64,000 nucleotides of DNA from a virus (Duplodnaviria; Caudoviricetes). The translations under genes were made by a program, and so were the position numbers. Below the pieces are notes generated by a model. The model was given only the letters and a program-made list of their open reading frames with translations. It searched no databases and was not told where the DNA came from. Of this stretch, positions 44,888-55,419 are shown piece by piece; within the stretch, counting starts at the first letter, position 1, and the number at the start of each line of letters is the position of its first letter. The DNA lies in IMG/VR virus record IMGVR_UViG_2786546133_000001, positions 1 through 64,000 of that record; one strand, written 5' to 3'.

Positions 44888-46558
44888 GCCGAGCCTTACG
44901 AGCTCCCCGAAGACATCACCAGCCTGAGCGCCGAGGACCTCGACGCCGAGATCACGCGAGCGACCGAGGTGTTCCAGGCCCGGCGCTCCGACCCGAGCCT
45001 GACCACCGCCGACCTTCCCGCCCTGCGCGAACTCGCGGCGGGCATTGAGGCCATGCGCGGCGAGCAGGCCGAGCGCGTCGAGCAGGCGCAGCAGGCACAG
45101 GCCGAACTCGACCAGCTCGCCGCGCAGGTGCTCGGCGAGGAGACGGCCGCCGAGGACGAGGGCGGCGAGGAGACGGCCGCCGAGGGCAGCGAGAACGCCG
45201 ACGGCGGCGAGGGTGACGGCGGCGAGGGCGGGGAGGGCGGCGAAGTCGCCGCGGCAGCCACGCCGCGCCGTCCCGTGATCGCGCTGACCCAGGTCCGCGC
45301 CCGTCAGCCGCAGCAGGCGGTGCCGGTCGTGAAGGCCCCGTCGGTCGAGATCAAGGCGTCCGTCGACATGCCGGGGCTCGCGCCCGGCGAGGGCATCTCG
45401 ATGGAGACCCTCACCGAGGGCATCATCCGCCGGGCCGGCGCGCTCGCGACGTCGGGCGGCGGCACTGGCATCGTCGCCTCGTACCGGCTGCCGTTCGACG
45501 ACAAGAGCGGGCTCGTCGTCAACGACCCCGGCAACGCCAACGAAGGACTGAACGCCGTCATCAAGGCGGCCGATCAGCGGCGCCTGCCGAAGGGTGACCT
45601 CGTCGCGAGCGGCGGATGGTGCGCGCCGTCCGAGACCGTCTACGACATCACCGACATCGCGTGCCCCGACGGCCTGTGGGACCTGCCCGAGATCCAGCTC
45701 AGCCGCGGCGGCATCCGGTTCTTCCAGACCCCGACGCTCGACGTCAACGCCATGACGTGGGTGTGGACCGAGGCGAACGACATCGCGGCCGGCTCGCCCG
45801 GCGGGCCGACGAAGCCCTGTTTCCGCATCCCCTGCCCGGACCCGATCGAGGTCCGCTGCGACGCGATCGGCGTCTGCCTTGAGGCGGGCATCCTGACGTC
45901 GCGCCACTTCCCGGAGCTGGTCAACTGGTACCAGCGGAACATCATGATCGCGCACGAGATGCGCATCCGCCGCGAGCTGTACGCCCGCGCCCGGACCGCG
46001 TCGACCGCCGTCACCGTGCCGGTCTCGTTCGCGTCGTTCTCCGCCGTCTACGGCGCCGTCGCCCTCCAGGCAACGGACATCATCGAGAAGCACAGCCTGT
46101 GTGAGCGCATCGGCCTCGAAGTCGTCTTCCCGTACTGGGCCCGCGCGATGTTCCTCGCTGACATCGCCCGCCGCTCGGACACCGACGTCTGCGACCTCCC
46201 CGCGAACTGCATCGAGGACGCGTTCGCGACGCTCGGCGTCCGCGTGCAGTGGGCGAAGGGCCTGATCCCCGACGTCCCGACCAACATCGGCGGCACCAAC
46301 CCGGCGACCACCTGGCCCGCCGACGTCGAGTTCCTGATCTACCCGACGGGCAACTTCCAGCTCGGGCGCGGCGCCGAGATCAACCTCGGCGTGATCCACG
46401 ACTCGACCCGCCTCGCGACGAACGATTTCACGGCGCTCTTCGCCGAGGAATGCGTCGCGCTCGTCGACCGCGGTATCGAGTCGCGCGTCGTCACCGTGCC
46501 GGTCTGCGCCGACGGCTCGGTGGGCCCGCGGGCCACGCCCGCATGCCCGATCGCCTGA
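44885..46558 (+). CDS. Major capsid protein with N-terminal scaffold-like domain
   Basis: Acidic coiled-coil N-terminus; LVASGGWCAPSETVYD, LPEIQLSRGGIRF, LGVIHDS. Confidence 0.85.
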   Translation: MAEPYELPEDITSLSAEDLDAEITRATEVFQARRSDPSLTTADLPALRELAAGIEAMRGEQAERVEQAQQAQAELDQLAAQVLGEETAAEDEGGEETAAEGSENADGGEGDGGEGGEGGEVAAAATPRRPVIALTQVRARQPQQAVPVVKAPSVEIKASVDMPGLAPGEGISMETLTEGIIRRAGALATSGGGTGIVASYRLPFDDKSGLVVNDPGNANEGLNAVIKAADQRRLPKGDLVASGGWCAPSETVYDITDIACPDGLWDLPEIQLSRGGIRFFQTPTLDVNAMTWVWTEANDIAAGSPGGPTKPCFRIPCPDPIEVRCDAIGVCLEAGILTSRHFPELVNWYQRNIMIAHEMRIRRELYARARTASTAVTVPVSFASFSAVYGAVALQATDIIEKHSLCERIGLEVVFPYWARAMFLADIARRSDTDVCDLPANCIEDAFATLGVRVQWAKGLIPDVPTNIGGTNPATTWPADVEFLIYPTGNFQLGRGAEINLGVIHDSTRLATNDFTALFAEECVALVDRGIESRVVTVPVCADGSVGPRATPACPIA

Positions 46559-46569
46559 CCCTTACGCCA

Positions 46570-46603
46570 CGCTGCCCCGGACCCTCTGCCGGCCGGGGCA
46601 GCG
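46570..46603 (+). terminator. Stem-loop after capsid gene
   Basis: CGCTGCCCCGG...CCGGGGCAGCG; no U tract. Confidence 0.5.
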
Positions 46604-46624
46604 CGCGGATAGGAGGTGTGGCAG

Positions 46625-47458
46625 ATGCCTTCGGCGGGACTCCGGAAGTACGTTGACCCGATCCCCGGCGCGCCGTCGCCTCACGGGATCCTCGGCGGCT
46701 GCGTGGACGTCGTCGACGTCACCGACGAACACGAGCTGCTCGGAACCGAGTTCACTCCCCTGTCGTGCGCAACGGCGCATGACTGGTCGTGGTGCCCAGA
46801 CGGCACGACCACGCCAGGCCCGGCCGAGAAGACGTTCGACCGGCCCGGCTCGTGCTCGTTCGAGCCGATCACGATCTACGCCGGTTCGACCTGCTCGACC
46901 CTCGGCCAGTCCTACGACGAGGCCGTGACGCACGCCCGCGAGTCGCTCCGCATGGGCGAACAGCGAGCGATTGAAGAGTGGTTCATGCGCGAGGTCCTGT
47001 GCGGCACGGCCGAGGACCTCACCCCGGCGGCGGGCGCCGTCAACATCACGCAAGGCGTCGCCACGCTCGAAGGCTGGCTCGCCGAGACGTACGGCGGGCA
47101 GGGCGTCCTTCACGCCCCGGCCGGTATCGCGGCGCTGCTCGGCTGCTGCAACGCCGTACAGCTCGACAACGGCAACCCGCGCACGCTCATGGGGAACTGC
47201 GCCGTCCTCGGCGCCGGCTACTCCCTGAACGTTGGGCCGACGACGTGCACGCAGGCCCCGGCCGGTGAGGCATGGCTGTACATCACGCCGCCGATCCGGA
47301 TCCGCCGCGAGGCGGTCTTCGTCGTGCCGGAAGACGAGGCCGAGAGCGTGCGGATCACCACGAACGACCGGTTCGTCCTCGCCGAGCGGACGTTCGTCGT
47401 CGAGATCGCCTGCTGCCAGGCGGCGGCTATCAGGGTGGGGATGTGCGCATGCAGCTAG
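46625..47458 (+). CDS. Putative minor capsid/decoration protein, Cys-rich
   Basis: AGGAGG RBS; directly follows capsid; GVLH...T.MGN..V.GAGY. Confidence 0.65.
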   Translation: MPSAGLRKYVDPIPGAPSPHGILGGCVDVVDVTDEHELLGTEFTPLSCATAHDWSWCPDGTTTPGPAEKTFDRPGSCSFEPITIYAGSTCSTLGQSYDEAVTHARESLRMGEQRAIEEWFMREVLCGTAEDLTPAAGAVNITQGVATLEGWLAETYGGQGVLHAPAGIAALLGCCNAVQLDNGNPRTLMGNCAVLGAGYSLNVGPTTCTQAPAGEAWLYITPPIRIRREAVFVVPEDEAESVRITTNDRFVLAERTFVVEIACCQAAAIRVGMCACS

Positions 47459-48018
47459 ACACGATCCGCGTGCAGCCGGCCCCCAGGGTGCGCGTCGACT
47501 TCGCCCGGTGGGCGATCGCGCAGACCCCGCCGGTCCGTACGTGCTCACACGACGCGTTCGCTGTCCCGGCGGACCTGTTCACACACATGCCGGAAGACCT
47601 GCTCGTCGGCTCGCTCGTCGACGGCCACCGTTACCGCTCCCCACTCGAGGACGCGCTCGCCGCGTCCGTCGAGCGCGAGAGCGTGCCGGGCGAGCCGCTG
47701 CCACCCGTGCCCGACTCGGCGTACCCGCCCGGTGCGACGCCGCTCGCCGAACCGACCGGCGACGGCGACGGCCAGGCGCCGACGCCCGAAGAGGTCGCCG
47801 TCGCGGGCGGCGACGAGCAGACGGCGGCCGCGCCCGACGGCGGCGACGAGCAGGCGACCGCCGCTGCTGCTGACGGAGGGGACAGCAGCGCGACGGCAGA
47901 CGGCGACGAGCCGTTCGGCGCCGGTCCCTGGTCCTGCGACGTCTGCCCGCGCGAGTTCGACACCCGTCGCGGCAGGGACACCCACCGTCGGCAGGCGCAC
48001 ACGGAGGAGGCCCGCTGA
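47449..48018 (+). CDS. Hypothetical protein with C-terminal C2H2 zinc finger
   Basis: CDVCPREFDTRRGRDTHRRQAH. Confidence 0.7.
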   Translation: MQLDTIRVQPAPRVRVDFARWAIAQTPPVRTCSHDAFAVPADLFTHMPEDLLVGSLVDGHRYRSPLEDALAASVERESVPGEPLPPVPDSAYPPGATPLAEPTGDGDGQAPTPEEVAVAGGDEQTAAAPDGGDEQATAAAADGGDSSATADGDEPFGAGPWSCDVCPREFDTRRGRDTHRRQAHTEEAR

Positions 48019-50375
48019 TGGCACTCGTCCCTACTCCCTGTTCCTGCGGCGGCGGAGGCGGCGGCACCGTCGAGACGTGCTGCTCGCCGTCCATCACCGC
48101 TCAGCCCCTGTGCTGCGACGACGGCCGCACGATCCTGGTCGTGCTGCGCTCGCCGTGCGCCGACTGCGGCGGTACGGCGTTCCCGCCCGAGACGGCCGGC
48201 TGGGTCGACCCGACCACCGGCGTCTTCACGCCCGGCCCGGCCCCCGCCGGCTGCGGCTCCTGCTCGACGGCGTGCGCCGACACGGTGTGCGTCCAGCGCT
48301 GCGACGACACGAACGGCGACGGCCTCGCCGACACCACGTACAGCGAGCTGTGGTGCGTCCGCGACGACGGCACTACCGCGCTGCTGCTCACCTACCAGGA
48401 CGACCCGTCAACGCCGTACACGCCGGTCGCGCCCGTCGACTGCGAACTCGGCAGCATGACGTGTCACACACAACTGCTGTGCGACGACTCGGGCGCGTTC
48501 CTGCGCCGGTTCACGTTCATCTCGGACGGGACCGCGGCCTTCGTCGACGTCGCGCTCGACGGCGAGACACCACACGTCGTGATCGGCACCGTCCGCGACT
48601 GCGCGCAGACTTCCGACTGCGACCAGCCGCGCGAGCCGGCCGCCACGGTCGGGCTGTGCCTCGCCGACGGGACGCCGATCGCCGTCGTCGTCACCCGCGA
48701 CTGCCAGGGCGTCACTCGCGAAGAGGGCTGGATCAACCTCACGACCGGCGCCTACTCGACCGGGCAGCCCCCGGCCGGGGTCATGGCGTGCGGCGAGTCC
48801 CGCAGCGTCTCGACGACCGGCACGTTCTGCGACGTCGACGCGAACGGGAACGTCGTCGGCCTGGTCCTGATCGAGTACACCTACGCGGCAGACGGCAGCG
48901 TGTCGAGCGTCCGCCTCGTCGACGCCACCACCGGCCAGACCTACACCGCACAGGGCACCATCACCACCTGCCCCGCCGGCGTCGACCAGCCGGAACAAGA
49001 CCTCGTCGTCCTCTGCGACATCGCAGCCGACGGCAGCGTGACCCGGTTCGTCCGCGACTACCGGCGCGACGAGAACGGGCAGATCGTCGGCCACACGGAC
49101 TACACGCTCGCCGGGGCCAACTACCAGCCGACCGGCACCGTCGACGTCTGCGAAGGCGAGCCCACTCAGCCGTGCCGCAACACGAGCACGCTCCTCGTCT
49201 GCGACGTGCCGACCGACGGCGCACCGACCCCGACCGTCACCGACACCAACCCGACGCCGTACTACCCGTACCCCACAGGCTCCCCCGTCGCCGGCGCGCA
49301 AGCCCTGTGGGACGGCGGCACGCTCAACCTGCCGGCCGGTACGAGTCCGCAACCGGGCACCGTCGGCCGCGTCAACAGCATCGCCGCCACCATCCAAGCA
49401 CCGCGCCCGGCCTGCGACACCGGCACCGCGCACGTCACCGTCTCCGTCAACGTCCTCCAGCAGGGCCCCGACAACGGATGCGCCCAGACCGGACACCTGC
49501 GCCTGTTCAACGGGACGACACAGGCCGCCCTCACCCTGCTCCCGGTCAACACCCCGGCCGGCTGGTTCGGCACGCTCACCGTCGAGGCCGACATCCCGGC
49601 CGCCGACCTCGCCGCGGGCAACGTCGCCGTCGCGCTCGCCCTGGACGCCTACGACGACAACCCCGTTGCATGCTCGCCGAGCCCGCGCCGTACCGGCTGG
49701 CAACTGTCCGCCTTCACCGCGACGACGGCATACGACCAGACCGGTTGCGACCCGCAGTTCCTGCGCACGGTCACCGTCGACTGTGAAACCGGCGCCGTCG
49801 TCGCGGTCACGGACACCACCCTCGACGGGCAGCCGTACACGGTCACCGGCGAACCCGGCCAGTGCCAGGCCGGCGGCGGGGAGTGCTGCCCCGAACCGCC
49901 GTGTCCGGCACGGAACATCGTGCAGGCGGAGAAGTGCGACGACACGGACGGCGACGGCATCGCCGACGCCTGGTACGTCGAACTCCTCGGCGTCGACTGC
50001 ACGGGCACGCCTACCTCGCTCGGCACGTACACCTGCGACCTGTCGGCGCCGTACACGCCGGTCGCGCCGGTCGACTGCGACGCGCCGGACCCGGTCGTCG
50101 AGCGCCCCGCAGGCGTTCAGGCGCACCGCGTCCAGCTCACCGCGGGCGGGACGTGGAACGCCGCCCAGTACGGCACGCTGCGCGCCGTCCAGGCGACCGC
50201 CCACGGCGGCACCGGCACCGTCAAGACCGCTGACGGCACGAGCACGCTCTTCGACGGCGAGACCGCCCAGTGGTCCATCACCAGGGACATGGACGTGCGG
50301 CTCATCGGGCCACTGACGATCACCGCGACGACGGGTGCTGTCGTCGTCAACTGGACTGAGGGAGTAGACCTGTGA
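48018..50375 (+). CDS. Cys-rich beta-repeat protein (putative virion fibre/appendage)
   Basis: Repeats LCD...DG...F.R...LDG..Y.P.G.V..C; DDTNGDG and DDTDGDG motifs. Confidence 0.75.
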   Translation: MALVPTPCSCGGGGGGTVETCCSPSITAQPLCCDDGRTILVVLRSPCADCGGTAFPPETAGWVDPTTGVFTPGPAPAGCGSCSTACADTVCVQRCDDTNGDGLADTTYSELWCVRDDGTTALLLTYQDDPSTPYTPVAPVDCELGSMTCHTQLLCDDSGAFLRRFTFISDGTAAFVDVALDGETPHVVIGTVRDCAQTSDCDQPREPAATVGLCLADGTPIAVVVTRDCQGVTREEGWINLTTGAYSTGQPPAGVMACGESRSVSTTGTFCDVDANGNVVGLVLIEYTYAADGSVSSVRLVDATTGQTYTAQGTITTCPAGVDQPEQDLVVLCDIAADGSVTRFVRDYRRDENGQIVGHTDYTLAGANYQPTGTVDVCEGEPTQPCRNTSTLLVCDVPTDGAPTPTVTDTNPTPYYPYPTGSPVAGAQALWDGGTLNLPAGTSPQPGTVGRVNSIAATIQAPRPACDTGTAHVTVSVNVLQQGPDNGCAQTGHLRLFNGTTQAALTLLPVNTPAGWFGTLTVEADIPAADLAAGNVAVALALDAYDDNPVACSPSPRRTGWQLSAFTATTAYDQTGCDPQFLRTVTVDCETGAVVAVTDTTLDGQPYTVTGEPGQCQAGGGECCPEPPCPARNIVQAEKCDDTDGDGIADAWYVELLGVDCTGTPTSLGTYTCDLSAPYTPVAPVDCDAPDPVVERPAGVQAHRVQLTAGGTWNAAQYGTLRAVQATAHGGTGTVKTADGTSTLFDGETAQWSITRDMDVRLIGPLTITATTGAVVVNWTEGVDL
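48642..49154 (+). repeat. ~510-bp duplicated segment, copy A (copy B at 51188-51700)
   Basis: Collinear with constant offset 2546; ATVGLCLADGTPIAV...PTGTV. Confidence 0.85.
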
Positions 50376-53300
50376 GCGGTTGCGGCTGCGGCCAGACCCC
50401 CATCATCATGAGCGCCACCCCGGCCGCCGCACGGGTCGACGTGGAAACGCTGCTGCTGTGCGATGTCCTCCCGGACGGCACCGTTGCCGGCCTCGCCCTC
50501 GTCGAGCCCGTCTACGACACGAGCAGCGGCGCCCGGGTCGGGACACGGATCGTCGACCCGACGACCGGCACCGCGTACACGCCGACCGGCACGCTCGGCG
50601 TCTGCGGTCCTCAGAGCGACCAGTGCGCCCGGCAGATCAGCACCCGCACCCGATGCGACGACACCGACGCGGACGGCACCGGTGACGTCACCTATGTCGA
50701 GGTGTGGGCGCTCGACCCCTGCGACGGCGGCACCCCGCAGCTCCTCGGTACGTACCGAGACGGGGACTTCGCGCAGCCGTACACGCCGACGGCCCCCGTC
50801 GACTGCCCGGACGCGACCGCGGACACCCCGGTCGTCCTCGGCACCGTCTGCTACGACGTCGGCGGCGGAGCGACGCGCACTGCGGCAGTCCTGAAGTGCG
50901 CGGCCTGCGGCGACCCGGCGGTGACGTACCTCGACGTCGAGACCGGCGCGACGCTCACCGCGCCCGCCATCGTCCCGTGCCCCGCCGCGGCGGACCGCTC
51001 GACGCAACTCCTGTGCGACGTCCAGGCGGACGGCAGCAGCGTGCCGTTCCTGCGGACGTTCACCAGCGACGGCACGACCACCACCACGGCGGACACCCTC
51101 CTCGACGGCGTCACCGCCTACGCGCCGACCGGCACCGTCGGCGCGTGCCTGCCCGTCAACGACTGCGCGTCGCCGACCACGCCGACGGCCACGGTCGGCC
51201 TGTGCCTCGCGGACGGGACACCGATCGCCGTCACCGTCGTACGGGACTGCACCGGCACCGTCACCTCCGAGGGATGGATCAACCTCACGACCGGCGCGTT
51301 CTCTGTGGGCGCCCCGCCGGCCGGGACGGTCGCATGCGGCGAGAGCCGCAGCGTCCAGGTATCGGGGACCTTCTGCGACGTCGACGCGAACGGCGACGTC
51401 CTCGGCCTGGTCCTGATCGAGTACAGCTACGCCGACGACGGCACGATCGCCTCCGTGCGCCTGGTCGACGCGACGACCGGCACCACCTACACCCCCACCG
51501 GCACCATCACCGTCTGCCCGACCGGGACCGAGCAGCCCGAACAGGACGTCGTGCAGCTGTGCGACACCGCGACCGACGGCACCGTGACTCCCTTCGTCCG
51601 CGACTACCGGCGCGACGAGACCGGCGCCATCGTCGGGCACAGCGACTACACCCTTGACGGGGCCGCCTACACGCCGACGGGCACCGTGGGCGTGTGCGAG
51701 CCGAAGACGTGCAGCGACTGCGAGACCCTCGTCCTGTGCGACGACGGCGCCGACATCCCGGCCACCATCACCGGGGCCGCGGCCTCCGGAAGCCTGTCGA
51801 ACGGCGTGACCTGGACGGCGACGAACACCGCCGGGACTCAGGCGATGCCGCCCGCCTACAACAACAGCGACGGCTCATGGTGGGGCCTGCACGTCTTCCC
51901 CAACCCCACCGTGGCGCCCACGAAGTGGACGTTCAACAAGCCGTCTGTCGTCGAGTTCTCCGTCTACCTCCACCACAACGCCAATCCGGCGCTCAACACC
52001 GCGCAGCTCCCCGCCGGGCTGGAAGTCGTCGAGCTGCCCATCGGGTACTCCTACGACGCGGCAACCGGTGTGCTCACGCGCACGTCGGACACCACCCCGC
52101 CCGAGCCCTGCTCGTACGTGAGCAACCCGCAGGTGGAGACGAGCGCCCGGTTCCGTACCGCGGGCGCGGTCACCACGTTCACGACCGCGCCGCCGCCCAA
52201 CAGCCGCATTGCCCTGTGCGGGACGTTCTTCGACTACTGGGCGGGCGCCATCACGGTGACCCCCAGCGGGCAGTTCCTTCGCACGATCTGCCGCGACTGC
52301 GGCGGCGCGGTCACCAGCACCAAGGACACCGCGCTGGACGGCACCACGCCGTACACGCCGCTGGGCGCGGTCACCCAGTGCTCGCCCCCGGTCCAGGAGC
52401 CCGAGCAGCGCTACGACGTGGAGCCGCTCGTCCTGTGCGACACCGCGGCGGACGGCACCGTGCATCAATTCCTGCGGCACTACGTGTACGACGACCTGAC
52501 CGGCGCGCAGAGCACCTACCGAGACACCGCCCTGGACGGCGTCACCCCGTACACGGTGAGCAGCGGCGGGACGGTCGGCACGTGCGGTGACTGCTGCCAG
52601 CCGGCCCAGGTGTGCATCCAGCAGAACCCGCAGCAGCGCATCGAGTTCATCAGCAACGACGGACAGGTCTACAACGGCACCGTTGACCCGGTGTGGAAGT
52701 GGACTCCGAACACCAACGGGCTGCCCCTGAACGACCCGAACTTCGGCCCCGCGGCCAATGCGAGTTGGTACGACATGTACCGGCCGACCGCGTACCCGTC
52801 GACCCGGTGGACCATCACCGACACCGACACGAACCGGCCTGCCGGATGGATCACGCCTCACCCGGACTCGGGTGTCGCCCAGTCGTCCCCGCCGCTCCCC
52901 GGTGAGGGCCCGGCCGTCGCGACCAACACCGACTGGATCGGCCGGGCACAGTTCGCCCTGCCGGCGGGCGCTGATCCGGCTTCCATTCAGGTTCAGGTCA
53001 CGGTCCTCAACGCCGACCAATACACCACCGGGTTCCGGCTGAACAACGGCCCGTGGCAGGCGATCCCCGATGGCGGATTCAACCCGACGGACCCGCCGAA
53101 CAACGGCCACGGCGTCGCGTACACCTTCGGACCGGGCCAGATCCCCGGCGCGCAGCCAGGCGTGAACACGCTCTACATGCGGGTGCACGAGACAGTAGGC
53201 GGCGCGGCCGGTGTCATCGCGCACATGATCGTGACGTACACCATCCTCCGTCCCGAGACGCGTTCCTGGACGCGGATGGTCTGCTGCGACGACTCGGTGT

Positions 53301-53866
53301 ACTACCTGGACGAGGACGGGGTGCGGCAGGACGCCGTCCCGGACGGCTGGAACGTGGCGCCCTGCACCGGCGAGGCCGGCAGCAGCTCGACCGCTTGCGC
53401 CAAGCAGGTGGTAGAGCGGTGCGGCTGCGACGACACCGACGGCGACGGCATCGGCGACGTCCAGTACACCGAATTCTGGGCCGTCGACCCGTGCGACGGC
53501 GCCGCCCCGACCCTGCTGGGTACCTACCTCGACGGGGACCTCACCCAGCCGTACACGCCGGTCGCGCCCGTGGAGTGCACCGCCGCGGAGGCGCTTCCGG
53601 GACCTGTGCTGACCGGTGTCCGCAACGTCACGGGGAACGCCAACCAGCAACTGGCCGCCGAGTTCCCCGGCTTGCAGAGCGTCACCCTGACGGTTCTGGC
53701 GGGATTCGTCGCCGTGACGATGTCCAGCGGCGCGAACGTGACGATCCCGGCCGGCGTGACGATGACGTGGTCCGTCGCCAAGGACGACGACACCACGCTT
53801 GATCACGCGACGTTCGTCGGCACGACGGCCGCCGCGAACTACCTGCTGCACTGGACTTACCGCTAA
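50372..53866 (+). CDS. Cys-rich beta-repeat protein, paralog with two inserted globular domains
   Basis: GTGA coupling; same repeats; DxDxDG motifs. Confidence 0.75.
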   Translation: MSGCGCGQTPIIMSATPAAARVDVETLLLCDVLPDGTVAGLALVEPVYDTSSGARVGTRIVDPTTGTAYTPTGTLGVCGPQSDQCARQISTRTRCDDTDADGTGDVTYVEVWALDPCDGGTPQLLGTYRDGDFAQPYTPTAPVDCPDATADTPVVLGTVCYDVGGGATRTAAVLKCAACGDPAVTYLDVETGATLTAPAIVPCPAAADRSTQLLCDVQADGSSVPFLRTFTSDGTTTTTADTLLDGVTAYAPTGTVGACLPVNDCASPTTPTATVGLCLADGTPIAVTVVRDCTGTVTSEGWINLTTGAFSVGAPPAGTVACGESRSVQVSGTFCDVDANGDVLGLVLIEYSYADDGTIASVRLVDATTGTTYTPTGTITVCPTGTEQPEQDVVQLCDTATDGTVTPFVRDYRRDETGAIVGHSDYTLDGAAYTPTGTVGVCEPKTCSDCETLVLCDDGADIPATITGAAASGSLSNGVTWTATNTAGTQAMPPAYNNSDGSWWGLHVFPNPTVAPTKWTFNKPSVVEFSVYLHHNANPALNTAQLPAGLEVVELPIGYSYDAATGVLTRTSDTTPPEPCSYVSNPQVETSARFRTAGAVTTFTTAPPPNSRIALCGTFFDYWAGAITVTPSGQFLRTICRDCGGAVTSTKDTALDGTTPYTPLGAVTQCSPPVQEPEQRYDVEPLVLCDTAADGTVHQFLRHYVYDDLTGAQSTYRDTALDGVTPYTVSSGGTVGTCGDCCQPAQVCIQQNPQQRIEFISNDGQVYNGTVDPVWKWTPNTNGLPLNDPNFGPAANASWYDMYRPTAYPSTRWTITDTDTNRPAGWITPHPDSGVAQSSPPLPGEGPAVATNTDWIGRAQFALPAGADPASIQVQVTVLNADQYTTGFRLNNGPWQAIPDGGFNPTDPPNNGHGVAYTFGPGQIPGAQPGVNTLYMRVHETVGGAAGVIAHMIVTYTILRPETRSWTRMVCCDDSVYYLDEDGVRQDAVPDGWNVAPCTGEAGSSSTACAKQVVERCGCDDTDGDGIGDVQYTEFWAVDPCDGAAPTLLGTYLDGDLTQPYTPVAPVECTAAEALPGPVLTGVRNVTGNANQQLAAEFPGLQSVTLTVLAGFVAVTMSSGANVTIPAGVTMTWSVAKDDDTTLDHATFVGTTAAANYLLHWTYR
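51188..51700 (+). repeat. ~510-bp duplicated segment, copy B
   Basis: Matches 48642-49154. Confidence 0.85.
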
Positions 53867-53879
53867 GGAGACGCGCGCC

Positions 53880-54086
53880 ATGAGCGACGAGACCAACCAG
53901 GGCGCGGAGCCGGTCCGGAACCCGCGCTACTTCTCGAAGGACGGCGGGGTGCAGGTCGTCTACAACCTGCGCGACGCGTCCCCGTACGCCGAGCTTGGCT
54001 ATCAGGAGGTCGACGAGGCCGCCTACCTGGCGAGCCTGCCCGACCCCACCGCCGAGCCGCTCCCGGACCCTGCGGGCGGTGAGTGA
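53880..54086 (+). CDS. Small acidic protein (possible fibre chaperone)
   Basis: AAGGAG RBS; GYQEVDEAAY. Confidence 0.65.
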   Translation: MSDETNQGAEPVRNPRYFSKDGGVQVVYNLRDASPYAELGYQEVDEAAYLASLPDPTAEPLPDPAGGE

Positions 54087-54730
54087 TGGCAGGGAGCTGC
54101 TGCGGTAGCGTCCGCGTCCTGCCGCGCCTGGACCCGGCCGCCTGCAACGCGTTGGAGCAGTCGGCGGCCGGCCTGCTCGTGCCCCGCACCGAAGTGGCGG
54201 GCATCGCCCCTGGAACTGCCGTGAGCACGCTGCGGTCCGTTGACGTTGACGTGGCTGCTCCCGCCGCAGGGGCCTGCCCGGAGACGTGGACGGTCGGTGC
54301 CCGCCTCACGCCAGTGTCCGGGCAGACATCCGGATCTGTCGGCCTCGGTACTGCCGCCTTCGATACGTGGATCCCTGTCACCGGGGCTCAGTTGACCCTG
54401 CCGGAGGCAGGCGTCTACGAGGTGATCGCTGACGTCCAGGGCGGCGTGGTCATGAACGGCAGCGTCACCAACGCGTGGCTCCAAGCCCGGCTGTTCGACG
54501 TCACCGCGGGCGCCGTAGTCCCGCTCACCACGCGGACCATCACGCTCTTCGCCGATACGCCCTCCGCGTCAGTGCACACCATCCACGGCAACGCCTCAGC
54601 AGCGGCGCTGTACCAGGTGGCTGGGCCGAGAACGATTCGAGTCGAGGCCCTGAAGCACGTCGACGCGGGCACCACGAGCGGACAAGCCGTCTGGGCGCTG
54701 AACTTCCGGTACAAGAAGGTGAGCGACTGA
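54086..54730 (+). CDS. BclA-CTD/C1q-like beta-sandwich protein, paralog 1
   Basis: MAGSCC; LDPAACNAL; LTLPEAGVYEV; ends KVSD. Confidence 0.65.
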   Translation: MAGSCCGSVRVLPRLDPAACNALEQSAAGLLVPRTEVAGIAPGTAVSTLRSVDVDVAAPAAGACPETWTVGARLTPVSGQTSGSVGLGTAAFDTWIPVTGAQLTLPEAGVYEVIADVQGGVVMNGSVTNAWLQARLFDVTAGAVVPLTTRTITLFADTPSASVHTIHGNASAAALYQVAGPRTIRVEALKHVDAGTTSGQAVWALNFRYKKVSD

Positions 54731-55419
54731 TGGCGGGATCTTGCGGCCGTACGTACCGCATCGACCCGAAGCTGGACCCGGCGGCGTGCAACGCCTTGAC
54801 GCAGACGGCGAGCGGCCTGCTCGTGCCGGGTACGGAGGTGGTGGGCATCGCCCCCGGAACGGCGGTCGGCACCGCGCGGTCCGTGGACGTGGACGTGACG
54901 CCACCGGCCGCCGGGGCGTGCCCGGAGACGTGGACGGTTGGGGCACGACTCACCCCGCTATTCGGGACCCTCAACGCGGGCACGGCGGACCTGCGGACGT
55001 CGGCTCTGGGGCAGCAAGTGCCCCTGCCGAACAGCCAGGTGGTGTTGCCCGAGCCGGGCGTCTACCGGCTCACGGCCCACGTGTTCGGGCTGGCCACGTG
55101 GAACTTCAACGGCAGGCACATCGCCGCCATCAATGCCCTGTGGGTCAACACCGCCACGAACCAGTTCGTGCCTGGCAGCCCGAGGGCGGTGCTTCTCCAC
55201 GACGAGCCCGGCACGGTCAACCCGGCGACAGGCCTCAAGTCCATCGGCGGGAACGCCGTATGTGAGGGCATCGTCACGATCACGGCTCCCACGACGTACG
55301 AGATCCGGGGACTGCGGGCCACCGGCGACGGTGGGACGCAGGCCAACGCCAACCTCCAGCACTACCTGAGCAGCGGCACCAACCAGCAGGGCATCCTCTG
55401 GCAGAAGGTGAGCGACTGA
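54730..55419 (+). CDS. BclA-CTD/C1q-like protein, paralog 2
   Basis: Same ~75-aa N-terminus as paralog 1; LPEPGVYRL; ends KVSD. Confidence 0.65.
   Translation: MAGSCGRTYRIDPKLDPAACNALTQTASGLLVPGTEVVGIAPGTAVGTARSVDVDVTPPAAGACPETWTVGARLTPLFGTLNAGTADLRTSALGQQVPLPNSQVVLPEPGVYRLTAHVFGLATWNFNGRHIAAINALWVNTATNQFVPGSPRAVLLHDEPGTVNPATGLKSIGGNAVCEGIVTITAPTTYEIRGLRATGDGGTQANANLQHYLSSGTNQQGILWQKVSD

Noticed and set aside
48642-51700. Duplicated segment as a DGR template/variable repeat pair
   Set aside because: No reverse transcriptase in the window; differences are mostly synonymous, not adenine-specific
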